From contig CALHHY010000017.1 in assembly GCA_938030665.1 (NCBI GenBank), positions 25 through 64,024 on the forward strand: 64,000 nucleotides of DNA, written 5' to 3'. Of this stretch, positions 38,799 through 48,493 are shown in pieces. The notes beneath the pieces are model-generated. The model saw only the letters and a program-made list of their open reading frames with translations, made no database searches and was not told where the DNA came from. Source of the DNA: an uncultured Litoreibacter sp. (lineage in GTDB: Bacteria; Pseudomonadota; Alphaproteobacteria; Rhodobacterales; Rhodobacteraceae). Every line of letters starts with the position of its first letter. The first letter of the stretch is position 1. Both the position numbers and the translations under genes were made by a program.

Positions 38799-39761
38799 TT
38801 AGGCGATGGCGCGCAGGAAAAGCCCGGTAGCGATGACCGTAATCAGCACACCCGCCAATATTTCGATCGCAGGCACGATCCAGCTGAGCGCCGCCGTCCC
38901 CTGCATCGCCGTCACCAAGCCGCCGCGCATGCCGACGGAGGCGAGGCCCACGGTAATCGTCACCGCCGCCGTGCCAAGGGCCATGGCAAAAGCGCCCGCC
39001 ACGCCGGCTGCAAAGATGCCCATCTGCCAGGTGATGATCAGAATGAACAGTGCGCCCGTGCAGGGTCTGACCGCGATGCCCGCGATTAGGATGAGCGCTT
39101 CGCGCAGGGTCGACGCTTTCTCGATCTCTTCGATGTCGGGACCGTGCTTGTGCCCGCAACTGCTACAGGTGCTGCCCGCGCCGTGGTGATCATGGTTGTG
39201 ATGATGGTCGTGGCTATGCCCGTGATCATGGCTGTGGACGTGCGTCGTCGCAGGCTCCGCGCTTTGCGCATGCCGCCAGCCCTTGCGCATGCCGCGCCAA
39301 ATCAGCCAGCCGCCGATCAACCCAATGGCCCCGTAGCTGGCGGGGGCCATGATGTTCTCGGTCACGCCTACCATTTCCGACTGGGCCACGCCGAATATGA
39401 GGATGCCGGCGAGCACCAAAGCCACCGCCGTCACCGCCTGACCCAGACTTGCCAGCAGGGAGATCGCCGACAGCCGAAGCCATGGCACAGACCGGCCCAG
39501 CCCGTAGCCGCCGATCAGCACCTTGCCATGGCCGGGACCTATCGCGTGGAAGAAGCCGTAGGCAAAGCAAACGCCCAGCAGCGCAGATATGGCACCCGGC
39601 TGGCCTGTACGAAGTGCACGCAACCCATGCGCCATTTCGTTTTGGAAGCTGCGCTGTTCGCCTGCGGCCCAGCTGGCCAGCGCGTCAAACCCGCCGCTCG
39701 TCCAGAGCCAGGTCAATAGCGCTGCGGCAATGCCTACGGGCAGGATCAGGAGGCGGGACAT
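38799..39761 (-). CDS. Nickel/cobalt transporter (NiCoT/RcnA-like)
   Basis: YGFFHAIGPGHGK, His-rich loop, RPCTGAL. Confidence 0.9.
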   Translation of the reverse strand: MSRLLILPVGIAAALLTWLWTSGGFDALASWAAGEQRSFQNEMAHGLRALRTGQPGAISALLGVCFAYGFFHAIGPGHGKVLIGGYGLGRSVPWLRLSAISLLASLGQAVTAVALVLAGILIFGVAQSEMVGVTENIMAPASYGAIGLIGGWLIWRGMRKGWRHAQSAEPATTHVHSHDHGHSHDHHHNHDHHGAGSTCSSCGHKHGPDIEEIEKASTLREALILIAGIAVRPCTGALFILIITWQMGIFAAGVAGAFAMALGTAAVTITVGLASVGMRGGLVTAMQGTAALSWIVPAIEILAGVLITVIATGLFLRAIA

Positions 39762-40408
39762 GTCACCAACAATTCCGTGGCGAAGGCCTCGCCGATCAGC
39801 AGTTCCTGCTGGTCGCTGATATCCGCGTCGCTGCTGAAGCCTGCCACGATATCGCGCTTGCGAAGAAGCTCGTCATTGACGTTGGGCTCAATGCGCAGCA
39901 TCTCGCAGCCCGCTGCGCCCACAATGTCGACTGGGCGGGTCAGGTCATAAGCGGTGTAGAATGTCTCGTCGAAAACCTTGACCGACAGCTTGTCGCCGGC
40001 CACGACCGGGGTGCCTGCGACCTCCCGAAGGTGGGTCGATACGAGCTGTCCGTCTATCATGGTGGCGGTCGGCTCAAGCGGACCAGACAGGCGCAGGGGC
40101 TGGCCATCCAGAGTCATGACCAGATCGCCATTGTACCCCTCGATCCATTGCGCGTCGAAGCCCGTCATCACCTGCTCTTCATCTGGCGTCAGGAACCCGT
40201 CGCCATCGGCATCAAGCCCCCGGTTTTGCGTCAGCAGCAGCGAATAAAAAGCGTCATAGGCCCAGGTGACTTTGACATGGGTCAGCTGCCCCTGATCGTT
40301 GAAGCGGATTTCCAACCCGGCATCAATAAAGACATGCGGGTGCGCCGCCGCGGGCAGGGTGGTCAGCGCGACAAGCGGCGCGGCCAGAAATGCAAATCCT
40401 CTAAACAT
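39746..40408 (-). CDS. DUF1007 family periplasmic protein
   Basis: Signal peptide then HPHVFID; W.YD.FYS; FDETFY; overlaps start of transporter gene. Confidence 0.88.
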   Translation of the reverse strand: MFRGFAFLAAPLVALTTLPAAAHPHVFIDAGLEIRFNDQGQLTHVKVTWAYDAFYSLLLTQNRGLDADGDGFLTPDEEQVMTGFDAQWIEGYNGDLVMTLDGQPLRLSGPLEPTATMIDGQLVSTHLREVAGTPVVAGDKLSVKVFDETFYTAYDLTRPVDIVGAAGCEMLRIEPNVNDELLRKRDIVAGFSSDADISDQQELLIGEAFATELLVTCPAS

Positions 40409-40519
40409 GTGCGTAAGCTAGCCATGCGGACGGGGGACTGCAATCCACTGCGGAAATCAAATACCCGTCAAATACGCGGCATTTTGCCCACCCGACTGAG
40501 GCTGTCGATGGAGCGGCGC

Positions 40520-41764
40520 TCAGGCCGCTTTCTCCAGCTCGAACGCATCATGCAGGGCCTGCACGGCCAGCTCCAAATATTTGCGGTCGATCAGGACGGA
40601 GATCTTGATTTCCGAGGTCGTTATGACCTTGATGTTGATCCCGTCCTTATGCAGCGCCTCGAACATCTGTGCAGCGACGCCGGCGTGGCTGCGCATCCCG
40701 ATCCCCACGACGGAGACTTTGGCCACATCCGTGTCAGCGACCAGGTCATGGTAGTTGATGTCACCGGCAGCCTTCGCCGCCTCCATCGCCTTTTCAGCGC
40801 GCGCCACCTGATCCACGGGGCAGGAAAAGGTCATATCCGTGCGCCCCTCCTCCGAGATATTCTGCACGATCATGTCGACATTCACGCCCGCCTCAGACAG
40901 GGGGCCAAAAATGGCGGCAGCAATGCCCGGCCGGTCCGCGACCGAGATCAGGGTCATCTTTGCCTCGTCGCGCGAATAGGCCACGCCTGCCACTACGTTG
41001 CTTTCCACGATATCCTCCTCGTCGCAGACCAGGGTGCCTGCATTGTCATCCATTTCTTCAAAGCTTGACAGCACGCGCAGCTTCACCTTGTAGCGCATCG
41101 CCAGCTCGACGGACCTTGTCTGCAGCACTTTCGCGCCAAGCGACGCCAGCTCCAGCATTTCCTCAAATGCGATCCGGTCCAGCTTGCGCGCCTTGTCCGA
41201 AATCCGCGGGTCGGTCGTATAGACCCCGTCCACGTCCGTATAAATATCGCACCGCTCGGCCTCGAAAGCGGCGGCGAAGGCCACGGCGGTCGTGTCCGAT
41301 CCGCCCCGGCCCAATGTGGTGATATTGCCATCATCGCTGATGCCCTGAAACCCCGCGACGACGGCAACCTTGTTGCCGCGCGCGAAGGAGGCATCAAGGT
41401 TATCCGTCGGAATTTCCTCGATCCGGGCCGCGCCATGGGCGTCGGTGGTTTTCAACGGCACCTGCCAGCCCTGCCAGCTGCGCGCCGGCACGTCCATTTC
41501 CTGCAAGGTCAGCGCCATCAGCCCGGCGGTGACATTTTCCCCCGACGAGACGATGGCGTCATATTCCCGCGCGTCGTATAGCGGCGAGGTCTCATTGACC
41601 CAGCCGACCAGCTCGTTGGTTTTGCCCGACATAGCCGAGACGATGACGATCACGTCATAGCCCTTCGCCACCTCGACACCCACACGTTTCGCGGCGCGCC
41701 GGATCCGGTCGAGATTGGCGACGGAGGTCCCGCCGAATTTCATCACAAGCCGCTTGTTGGCCAT
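40520..41764 (-). CDS. lysC: Aspartate kinase
   Basis: VMKFGGTSV, TTLGRGGSDTTAV, YTDVDG, two ACT domains. Confidence 0.98.
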   Translation of the reverse strand: MANKRLVMKFGGTSVANLDRIRRAAKRVGVEVAKGYDVIVIVSAMSGKTNELVGWVNETSPLYDAREYDAIVSSGENVTAGLMALTLQEMDVPARSWQGWQVPLKTTDAHGAARIEEIPTDNLDASFARGNKVAVVAGFQGISDDGNITTLGRGGSDTTAVAFAAAFEAERCDIYTDVDGVYTTDPRISDKARKLDRIAFEEMLELASLGAKVLQTRSVELAMRYKVKLRVLSSFEEMDDNAGTLVCDEEDIVESNVVAGVAYSRDEAKMTLISVADRPGIAAAIFGPLSEAGVNVDMIVQNISEEGRTDMTFSCPVDQVARAEKAMEAAKAAGDINYHDLVADTDVAKVSVVGIGMRSHAGVAAQMFEALHKDGINIKVITTSEIKISVLIDRKYLELAVQALHDAFELEKAA

Positions 41765-41928
41765 TGATCTACCCCTTCGTTTCGCCGCGGGTGATACGGC
41801 GGGCGCGGGCGAAGGGCAAGGGGGCTAGGGGGTGCAGGTGGGGTGGCTCCACGCATGTCTTCGTGGGCACGTCACATCAAAATTAAGAACGACGGATCTC
41901 GTTCGGTGTCGCCTTGAAGCTTGACCTC

Positions 41929-41980
41929 GCCCAGCAGGACCTGCTGGGCCGCGCCGGTCCGCCCCCACGGGGCGGCGCTT
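41929..41980. repeat. GC-rich double palindrome (REP-like)
   Basis: GCCCAGCAG-GAC-CTGCTGGGC followed by CCGCCCC-CAC-GGGGCGG. Confidence 0.55.
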
Positions 41981-42028
41981 ACGAATTTACGCGGGATGGG
42001 GCGGGGCCTAGGCCGTCACGGGAAGGCG

Positions 42029-42688
42029 CTAATACGGATGCGGGGTACCGTCATAGGTCAGGAACTCGCCCGTGCTGTCCATGCTCAGCGCGTCGAACCG
42101 GGCCATCAGACCGTCACGGGACTGCTCGACCGTGATCGCGGCGCTGCTGCCGCCCATGTCGGTCTGTACCCAGCCGGGGTGGTAGATGCCCACGGCGATG
42201 CCCAGCCCCTGCAGGTCGGCGGCAAGGTTCCGGCCCAGGTTCAGCGCGGCCGCTTTCGAGGCGCGGTAAATGTAGGAGCCACCCGGCGCCAGCTCGGACG
42301 AGGCCATTTGCGAAGAGATAATCGCGATTTTTGGCGCCTTAGAGGCCTGCAATTTGGGCAGCAGGCTCTGCACCGTCAGAAACACCCCTGTCACATTGGT
42401 GGCAAAGCTGTCAGCCCACATCTGCGCCGGGTAGCCATCGGCGAGGTTGGCCCCTTTATCCAGATACACACCCGCATTGCAGACCAGCAGATCAACTGCA
42501 TTGGCCTTGATGTCGCTCGCCAAGGCCCCAAATCCGGCCGGGTCGGCCACGTCAAGCTTCACCCAGGCGCTACCACCCGGCGGGGTACCGCGATAGGTGC
42601 CGGTCACAGCATCGCCGCGCACCGCGTAGCCGTCAAAAAGGGCGCGGCCAATGCCGCGGGTGGCGCCGGTGATCACGATGTTGGACAT
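42029..42688 (-). CDS. Short-chain dehydrogenase (CsgA-like SDR)
   Basis: ITGATRGIG, CNAG, YRASK, HPGWVQTDMGG. Confidence 0.92.
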   Translation of the reverse strand: MSNIVITGATRGIGRALFDGYAVRGDAVTGTYRGTPPGGSAWVKLDVADPAGFGALASDIKANAVDLLVCNAGVYLDKGANLADGYPAQMWADSFATNVTGVFLTVQSLLPKLQASKAPKIAIISSQMASSELAPGGSYIYRASKAAALNLGRNLAADLQGLGIAVGIYHPGWVQTDMGGSSAAITVEQSRDGLMARFDALSMDSTGEFLTYDGTPHPY

Positions 42689-43102
42689 TCAGTTGGTCTT
42701 TCTTGAGGGCATGAAGGGGAGCGGCAGGACCGGGATACCATCCTCGATCAGCGCTTTGGCGTCTTGCGGTTTGGCCTCGCCGTAGATGGCGCGTTCGGGG
42801 GCCTCGCCGCTGTGAATTTTGCGGGCTTCGCTGGCGAAATTTGCGCCAACATGTTCGGAATTGGCTTCCACCTTCTCGCGCATCTTGCGCAGGCTGTTCT
42901 CCGCATCGGTGGCGGGGGTTGCGAGGGCTATGTCATCGGCCTTGCCAATCCGCGGAGCCATCACCGATTTGCGCACTTTGGTCCCGCCGCAGACCACGCA
43001 GGACACCATCGCCGCCGCCGCGAGCTTGTCAAAGGCGTCGGCAGACTGAAACCAGCTGTCAAACTGGTGATCTTCCTCGCAGATCAGAGAATAGCGGATC
43101 AT
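42689..43102 (-). CDS. DUF1178 family protein
   Basis: MIRYSLIC...H.FDSWF...C..CG..V.K..MAP, FASEARKIH.GE, EDGI. Confidence 0.9.
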   Translation of the reverse strand: MIRYSLICEEDHQFDSWFQSADAFDKLAAAAMVSCVVCGGTKVRKSVMAPRIGKADDIALATPATDAENSLRKMREKVEANSEHVGANFASEARKIHSGEAPERAIYGEAKPQDAKALIEDGIPVLPLPFMPSRKTN

Positions 43103-43188
43103 GCGCGCGCGGTGTCCCTTTCGGCGGCTGGTGTAGGAGCAAATAGCGATCCGGGCGTCACATGCAAGGGCGCGGCCAGTGCGCCAAG

Positions 43189-43668
43189 TCAGCGTTCCAG
43201 CAGGCTCGGGTCGAAATGCTTGAGAATTTTGCGCAGTTCCGGCTCCCGTACGCGGGCGGCGGCTTTCTTGACGCTGAACCATTTGCGTTTGCGATCGGCT
43301 TTTTCGGGATAGTCCTTCAGGATGGTCTTCACCCTGACCGGAAAGACCGACACCGCGCAGGGCAGGTCGTCTTCGCCCTCGCCCATGATTTTGGTGTAGG
43401 AATAGAGCCCCAGACAGATGTTGAAGGTCTTGCCCTTCACGCCGGCTTCCTCAAACGCCTCGGTCGCGGCGGCCTCGGCTGGGGTTGCACCCTCCACCGG
43501 CCAGCCTTTCGGAATGATCCAGCGCCCGCGCGTTCGGCTTGTGACCAATAGCACTTGCGTTTTGTCGTTATGCACCCGGTAGCAAAGCGCCGCGAATTGG
43601 CTGCGCACGTCGCGCTTGCCAAATCCCGTCATTCGAAGGGGAGCCTGCTTCAATTGCAAAAGTGACAT
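43189..43668 (-). CDS. NUDIX hydrolase (DIPP-like)
   Basis: LLVTSR..GRWIIPKGW...AATEAFEEAGV; start at MSLLQL after AGGA. Confidence 0.9.
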   Translation of the reverse strand: MSLLQLKQAPLRMTGFGKRDVRSQFAALCYRVHNDKTQVLLVTSRTRGRWIIPKGWPVEGATPAEAAATEAFEEAGVKGKTFNICLGLYSYTKIMGEGEDDLPCAVSVFPVRVKTILKDYPEKADRKRKWFSVKKAAARVREPELRKILKHFDPSLLER

Positions 43669-43813
43669 CGGGTCCTGGCGGGTCGGTTTCAATTCGATTA
43701 CCCCTGATTCTGAGGGGAAAGTCTCAAAAAATCAATACTACGCCGCATTTTGGCGAAATAGTGACTTTGGATATCCAGTTTTACACCAAACGGTTACCGG
43801 CTAAACCTTTTCC

Positions 43814-44941
43814 ATGTTGAGCCAAGCCAAGCCCGCTCCCCAGTTTATCGGGTCCGAGATTTACCGCGGGTCGAGCTATGGCCATTGGCACCCGCTGCGC
43901 GTGCCGCGCGTCTCGACCGTGATGGACCTGTCGCGGGCCATGGGCTGGCTGCCGGACGCGCAATATGTGACCTCCCCGCGCGCGAAACCGGCCGCATTGC
44001 TGAACTGGCACAGCGCGGCCTATGTCGACGCGCTGACCCGCGTGGCCGCGAGCCAAACGGCGATGGAGCAAGACCGTGCGCGCCACCATCTGGACACGGT
44101 CACCAACCCGATCTTTCCCGAGATGCTGTCGCGCCCTGCTACCGGGGTGGGCGGCGCGTTGATGGCGGGCGAAATGCTGCGCCACGGCGGCATCATCTAC
44201 CAACCCGGCGGTGGCACCCATCACGGGCTGCCCGACCGCGCGAACGGGTTCTGCTATCTCAACGACCCGGTTTTCGCCATTCAGTCGCTGCGCCGCAACG
44301 GGGCCATGCGGGTGGCCTATATCGATATCGACGCCCACCACCCTGACGGGGTGGAGCACGCCTTTGGTGCGGATCCCGACTGCATGATGATTTCGGTGCA
44401 TGAAGAAAACCGCTGGCCCCGCACGGGCGAGCTGCACGAGGGGGGGCCGCAGACCTACAACCTGCCCGTGGCACGCGGCATGAATGATGACGAGATGGCG
44501 CTGGTGCGCGACGCGCTGATCCTGCCGCTGGTGGAGGCCTTCCGCCCCGACGCGATCGTCCTGCAATGCGGGGCCGACGCGTCGCTGGATGATCCGCTGT
44601 CGAAACAGGCTTTGTCGAATAACGCGCATTGGGGCGTGGTTGTCGGGCTGATGGGGCAAGCGCCGCGATTGCTGGTGCAAGGCGGCGGGGGGTATAACCC
44701 TTGGTCGGTCGGCAGGCTCTGGACCGGGGTGTGGGCCACGCTGAACGGCCATGACATTCCCGGCCGCCTTCCACCGCGGGCGGAGGCGGTCTTGCGCGGC
44801 CTTACATTCGACGGGGACCGGCGCGGCCGCAACCCGCCGCCACATTGGTTCAATACCTTGCGCGATCCTTACCGGGGCGGCGCGATCAGGGACGGGGTTC
44901 GGCAGGACATTGACACGCTTCGGCGGCGGGCGGGGCTTTAG
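43814..44941 (+). CDS. acuC: AcuC-like Zn-dependent deacetylase (HDAC family)
   Basis: GGTHHG, GFCYLND, IDIDAHHPDG, QCGAD...DP, GGGGY. Confidence 0.85.
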   Translation: MLSQAKPAPQFIGSEIYRGSSYGHWHPLRVPRVSTVMDLSRAMGWLPDAQYVTSPRAKPAALLNWHSAAYVDALTRVAASQTAMEQDRARHHLDTVTNPIFPEMLSRPATGVGGALMAGEMLRHGGIIYQPGGGTHHGLPDRANGFCYLNDPVFAIQSLRRNGAMRVAYIDIDAHHPDGVEHAFGADPDCMMISVHEENRWPRTGELHEGGPQTYNLPVARGMNDDEMALVRDALILPLVEAFRPDAIVLQCGADASLDDPLSKQALSNNAHWGVVVGLMGQAPRLLVQGGGGYNPWSVGRLWTGVWATLNGHDIPGRLPPRAEAVLRGLTFDGDRRGRNPPPHWFNTLRDPYRGGAIRDGVRQDIDTLRRRAGL

Positions 44942-44944
44942 GCC

Positions 44945-45919
44945 TCAGACGGTTGGTGTGCCGCCCGCCAGCACGGTTTGGAACCAGGCGGTGTCGACAT
45001 TGCCGCCGCACAGGATCACGCCCGCTTTCTTGCCCGCCATGATTGCGCGTTCCTGCATCAGCCCGGCCAGAGGGGCCGCGCCCGCGCCTTCCGACAGGTT
45101 ATGGGTCGTGCGGTAATAGGCCCGCATGGCCTCCGCGATCTCGTCATCGCTGACCGCGATGATCCGGGCAGCACCTGTGGAATAGATGTCAAACGCCTCC
45201 TGCACCGGGACACGCACGGCCATGCCGTCAGCGAAGGTCCGGGCGGAGTTCGTCTCGATCAACCGGCCGGCCTCCACCGACAGTTTCGCCGTTTGCGCCT
45301 GATTTGAGACGACGCCAACGACCTCCGTCGTCAGACCCAAAGCGTCGCGGGCCAGGATCGTGCCGCATATGCCGGAGCCGCAGCCAATGGGCACGTAAAC
45401 CACATCCAGATCGGGCACCTCGCTGAACAGCTCGAACGCGTAGGTGGCCACGCCGCGCACCAGCTCCGGGTGGAAGGGCGGCACGATGAACAGGTCTTCC
45501 GCAGCGGCCACGCGAAACGCTTCTTCCCGCGCCTCGTCGAAATCATCGCCGAACTCGACCAGCTCTGCGCCGAAGGCCTGCATCGCCGCGTTCTTCTCTG
45601 TCGAGTTGCCGCGCGGGACGTAGACCAGGGCGCGCATGCCCGCAGCGGTGGCCGCCCGTGCCTGGCTTTGCCCGTGATTGCCGCGTGTTGCTGTGCAGAT
45701 GCCTTTGCATTCGGGATGAGTGCGCTTCAGCCAGTCAATGAAGGTGATCCCGCCGCGCACTTTGAACGCGCCTGTGGGGCCGTGATTTTCATGCTTCACC
45801 CAGGTTTCGCAGCCCGTTTCCGCATTCAGCAGCGGCCAGCTATATTGCGGGGTGGGGGCCATGGCGGCATGGACAAGCCGGGCAGCTGCTTCAAGGTCGG
45901 TGCGGGTCATTGAAAACAT
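44945..45919 (-). CDS. PLP-dependent threonine dehydratase-like enzyme
   Basis: KHENHGPTGAFKVRGG, TRGNHGQ, PIGCGSG, LCGGNVD. Confidence 0.9.
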   Translation of the reverse strand: MFSMTRTDLEAAARLVHAAMAPTPQYSWPLLNAETGCETWVKHENHGPTGAFKVRGGITFIDWLKRTHPECKGICTATRGNHGQSQARAATAAGMRALVYVPRGNSTEKNAAMQAFGAELVEFGDDFDEAREEAFRVAAAEDLFIVPPFHPELVRGVATYAFELFSEVPDLDVVYVPIGCGSGICGTILARDALGLTTEVVGVVSNQAQTAKLSVEAGRLIETNSARTFADGMAVRVPVQEAFDIYSTGAARIIAVSDDEIAEAMRAYYRTTHNLSEGAGAAPLAGLMQERAIMAGKKAGVILCGGNVDTAWFQTVLAGGTPTV

Positions 45920-46007
45920 GAGGGCAAGCCTACCCAAGCGTCCGCGCGACACAAGCGCGATTTTGCGCTTGCACCCCGGCAGGGGCGGTGGCCATCATCG
46001 CCCCGAC

Positions 46008-46715
46008 ATGCAACCCACCCGCAGAAACATATTGGCCAGCGCCCTCGCAGCCCTTGCGCTGCCCGGCCATGCAAGCGGCGCGCCTCTGGTCTTTGCCGCG
46101 GCCAGCCTGAAGGCCGTGCTGGACCGGATCAGCGCGGAGGTCACGCCGATGCGTCTGTCCTATGGTGGCAGTGGGGCCATGGCGCGCCAGATCATGCTGG
46201 GCGCGCCTGCTGATTTGTTCCTGTCGGCTAACCCGGTCTGGATGGATCCGCTGGCGGCGGATCGACCGCCCCTTGCGCGTAAGGCGCTGCTCGGCAACCG
46301 GCTGGTGATGGTCTCCCAAGCGGGCGCGCCGGACAAAGCGCTGACCGGGTGGCAACGGGGCGACCGGCTGGCCATGGGCTTCACCGGGGCTGTGCCCGCG
46401 GGCCAATACGGCAAAGCCGCGCTGCAGGCATTGGGGATTTGGGACCAGCTGGCGGCAGATGTGGTGGAAACCGACAGCGTCAGCGGCGCGCTTACCCTCG
46501 TGGCGCAAGGCGCGGTGCCTTTTGGCGTGGTCTACGCTACCGATGCAATGGCGGAGCCGCGCGTGTCCGTTGTCGCAGCATTTGACCCCGTGCTGCATGA
46601 CCCCATTACCTACCCGGTCGCCTTGCTTAGCGAGGCTGGGCGGCAGGCCTACAATGCGCTCACCGGCCCGCATGCCGCCGCGATCTTTGCGCAGGCCGGG
46701 TTCAAGGTGCTCTGA
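46008..46715 (+). CDS. modA: Molybdate ABC transporter substrate-binding protein
   Basis: VFAAASL, YGGSG, ADLFLSAN, VPAGQYG, VYATDA. Confidence 0.95.
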   Translation: MQPTRRNILASALAALALPGHASGAPLVFAAASLKAVLDRISAEVTPMRLSYGGSGAMARQIMLGAPADLFLSANPVWMDPLAADRPPLARKALLGNRLVMVSQAGAPDKALTGWQRGDRLAMGFTGAVPAGQYGKAALQALGIWDQLAADVVETDSVSGALTLVAQGAVPFGVVYATDAMAEPRVSVVAAFDPVLHDPITYPVALLSEAGRQAYNALTGPHAAAIFAQAGFKVL

Positions 46716-47396
46716 ATGCTGGGGTTGGGGCCAGAGGAATGGGCGGCCGTTGCGCTGTCGCTGAAAGTGGCTTTCACCGCGACGCTGGTCAGCCTGCCCT
46801 TGGCGATCTGGGTGGCGCATCTGCTGGCACGCAAATCCTTCCGGGGCAAGCAAGTGCTCAACGCGCTGGTGCATTTGCCGCTGATCCTGCCGCCCGTGGT
46901 GACCGGCTATCTGTTGCTGCTGACCTTCAATGCGCAGGCCCCGCTCGGCGCGGCCCTGGCGCAGATTGGCATCGTTTTTTCCTTCCGCTGGACCGGCGCG
47001 GTGCTGGCCGCTGGCATCATGGCCTTCCCGTTGATGGTGCGCGCCATCCGGTTGGGGTTCGAGGCTGTTGATCCCAAGCTGGAGGAGGCGGCGACAACGC
47101 TCGGGGCCTCCCCCTGGCGGGCCTTTGCCACGGTGACCCTGCCGCTGAGCCTGCCATCGGTGGTTGCTGGCGCGGTGCTGGCCTTCGCCAAGGCAATGGG
47201 GGAGTTCGGGGCCACCATCACCTTCGTAGCCTCCATCCCCGGTGAGACGCGCACGCTCCCCTCGGCCATCTACGCGTTCCTGCAGGTGCCTGGCGCCGAA
47301 GGGCCGGCGATCAGGCTGACTGTCGTGGCCATTTTTATCGCCGTCTCGGCGTTGCTGATCTCCGAATGGCTGGCCGCCAGGGCCGCGCGGCGGTGA
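46716..47396 (+). CDS. modB: Molybdate ABC transporter permease
   Basis: LPLILPPVVTGY, EEAATTLGA, GEFGAT. Confidence 0.96.
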   Translation: MLGLGPEEWAAVALSLKVAFTATLVSLPLAIWVAHLLARKSFRGKQVLNALVHLPLILPPVVTGYLLLLTFNAQAPLGAALAQIGIVFSFRWTGAVLAAGIMAFPLMVRAIRLGFEAVDPKLEEAATTLGASPWRAFATVTLPLSLPSVVAGAVLAFAKAMGEFGATITFVASIPGETRTLPSAIYAFLQVPGAEGPAIRLTVVAIFIAVSALLISEWLAARAARR

Positions 47397-48493
47397 CCGG
47401 CGGGGTGGAAATACGGCTGCGCCAGGCGCAGGGGGATTTCACGCTGGACGTCGCGCTGAGCCTGCCCTCGGGCGGCGTGACGGCATTCTTTGGGCCGTCT
47501 GGGGCAGGCAAAACCAGCCTGTTACGCGCCATTGCGGGGCTCAGCCAGCCGCAGGACGCCTATATCGAGCTGACGGGCCGGGTGCTGAGCGACACCGAAA
47601 ACGGGGTCTTCGTCAAACCCCATGACCGGCGGGTGGGCTACGTCTTTCAGGACGCACGGCTGTTCCCGCATCTCTCCGTCGCGCAGAACCTGCGCTACGG
47701 GGCGGGGAAGCACCCCTCTGCCGCCTTGGAAGAAAAGCTGACGGGCATCTTGGGCATCGCGCCTCTGCTCGAGCGTCATCCGCGCGACCTGTCAGGAGGG
47801 GAGGCGCAGCGCGTCGCCATCGGCCGCGCCCTGATGTGCCAACCCGAACTGCTGTTGATGGACGAGCCGTTGGCCGCGCTGGATCAGCACCGCCGCGACG
47901 AAATCCTGCCCTATCTGGACCAGCTGGCGCAGGCCTCCGGCGTGCAGATATTCTATGTCTCCCACGCCATGGCGGAGGTGGCGCGGCTGGCTGACACCAT
48001 TGCTTTGATGCGGGACGGCAAAATCACCCGCTACGGCCCGGCGGAGGATATCCTGTCCGACCCTGCCTTGGTGCCTGAAATCGGCGTGCGGGAGGCTGGC
48101 GCCGTGCTGCGCGCCCGCGTCACCGCCCGCGATGCCGGCGACGGGCTCAGCGCGCTTGCAACCTCTGCCGGGACGCTGCTTTTGCCGCGGCTGGAGGCGC
48201 CTGAGGACACGTTGCTGCGCGTGCGCATCCTGGCCAGCGACATCATCCTTTCAAAGGACCGGCCCGACGGGCTGTCGGCGCTCAACATCCTGCCCGCAAC
48301 CGTGCTGGCCATTCAGGAAGGGGTTGGGCCGGGCGTGGCGGTCGCCCTGCGCTCGGGCGAGGACCGGCTGGTGGCGCGGGTCACGAGGCGCTCTGCGCGG
48401 GCGATGAAGCTGGCGCCGGGCGGCAAATGTTTCGCGGTGATCAAATCCGTCTCCGTCGCGCCGGGCAATATTGGCGTCCCGGCACAGCGCTGA
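47393..48493 (+). CDS. modC: Molybdate ABC transporter ATPase
   Basis: GPSGAGKT, VFQDARLFPH, LSGGE, MDEP, C-terminal TOBE SALN; GTGA overlap with modB. Confidence 0.96.
   Translation: MTGGVEIRLRQAQGDFTLDVALSLPSGGVTAFFGPSGAGKTSLLRAIAGLSQPQDAYIELTGRVLSDTENGVFVKPHDRRVGYVFQDARLFPHLSVAQNLRYGAGKHPSAALEEKLTGILGIAPLLERHPRDLSGGEAQRVAIGRALMCQPELLLMDEPLAALDQHRRDEILPYLDQLAQASGVQIFYVSHAMAEVARLADTIALMRDGKITRYGPAEDILSDPALVPEIGVREAGAVLRARVTARDAGDGLSALATSAGTLLLPRLEAPEDTLLRVRILASDIILSKDRPDGLSALNILPATVLAIQEGVGPGVAVALRSGEDRLVARVTRRSARAMKLAPGGKCFAVIKSVSVAPGNIGVPAQR

Noticed and set aside
39180-39245. TGATCATGG/TGATG short repeats
   Set aside because: Codons of the His-rich transporter loop, not a CRISPR or DNA repeat
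41765-42028. Possible lysine riboswitch upstream of lysC
   Set aside because: No recognisable L-box core, and a promoter-like motif lies only about 25-55 bp from the start
18770-44941. Three GNATs plus an HDAC-family deacetylase as one acetylation system
   Set aside because: Scattered over 26 kb in unrelated operons; no linkage evidence
45920-46007. Possible Moco riboswitch or ModE box before modA
   Set aside because: Only 88 bp, filled by divergent promoters; no ModE-type TATAT-N7-TAYAT motif seen
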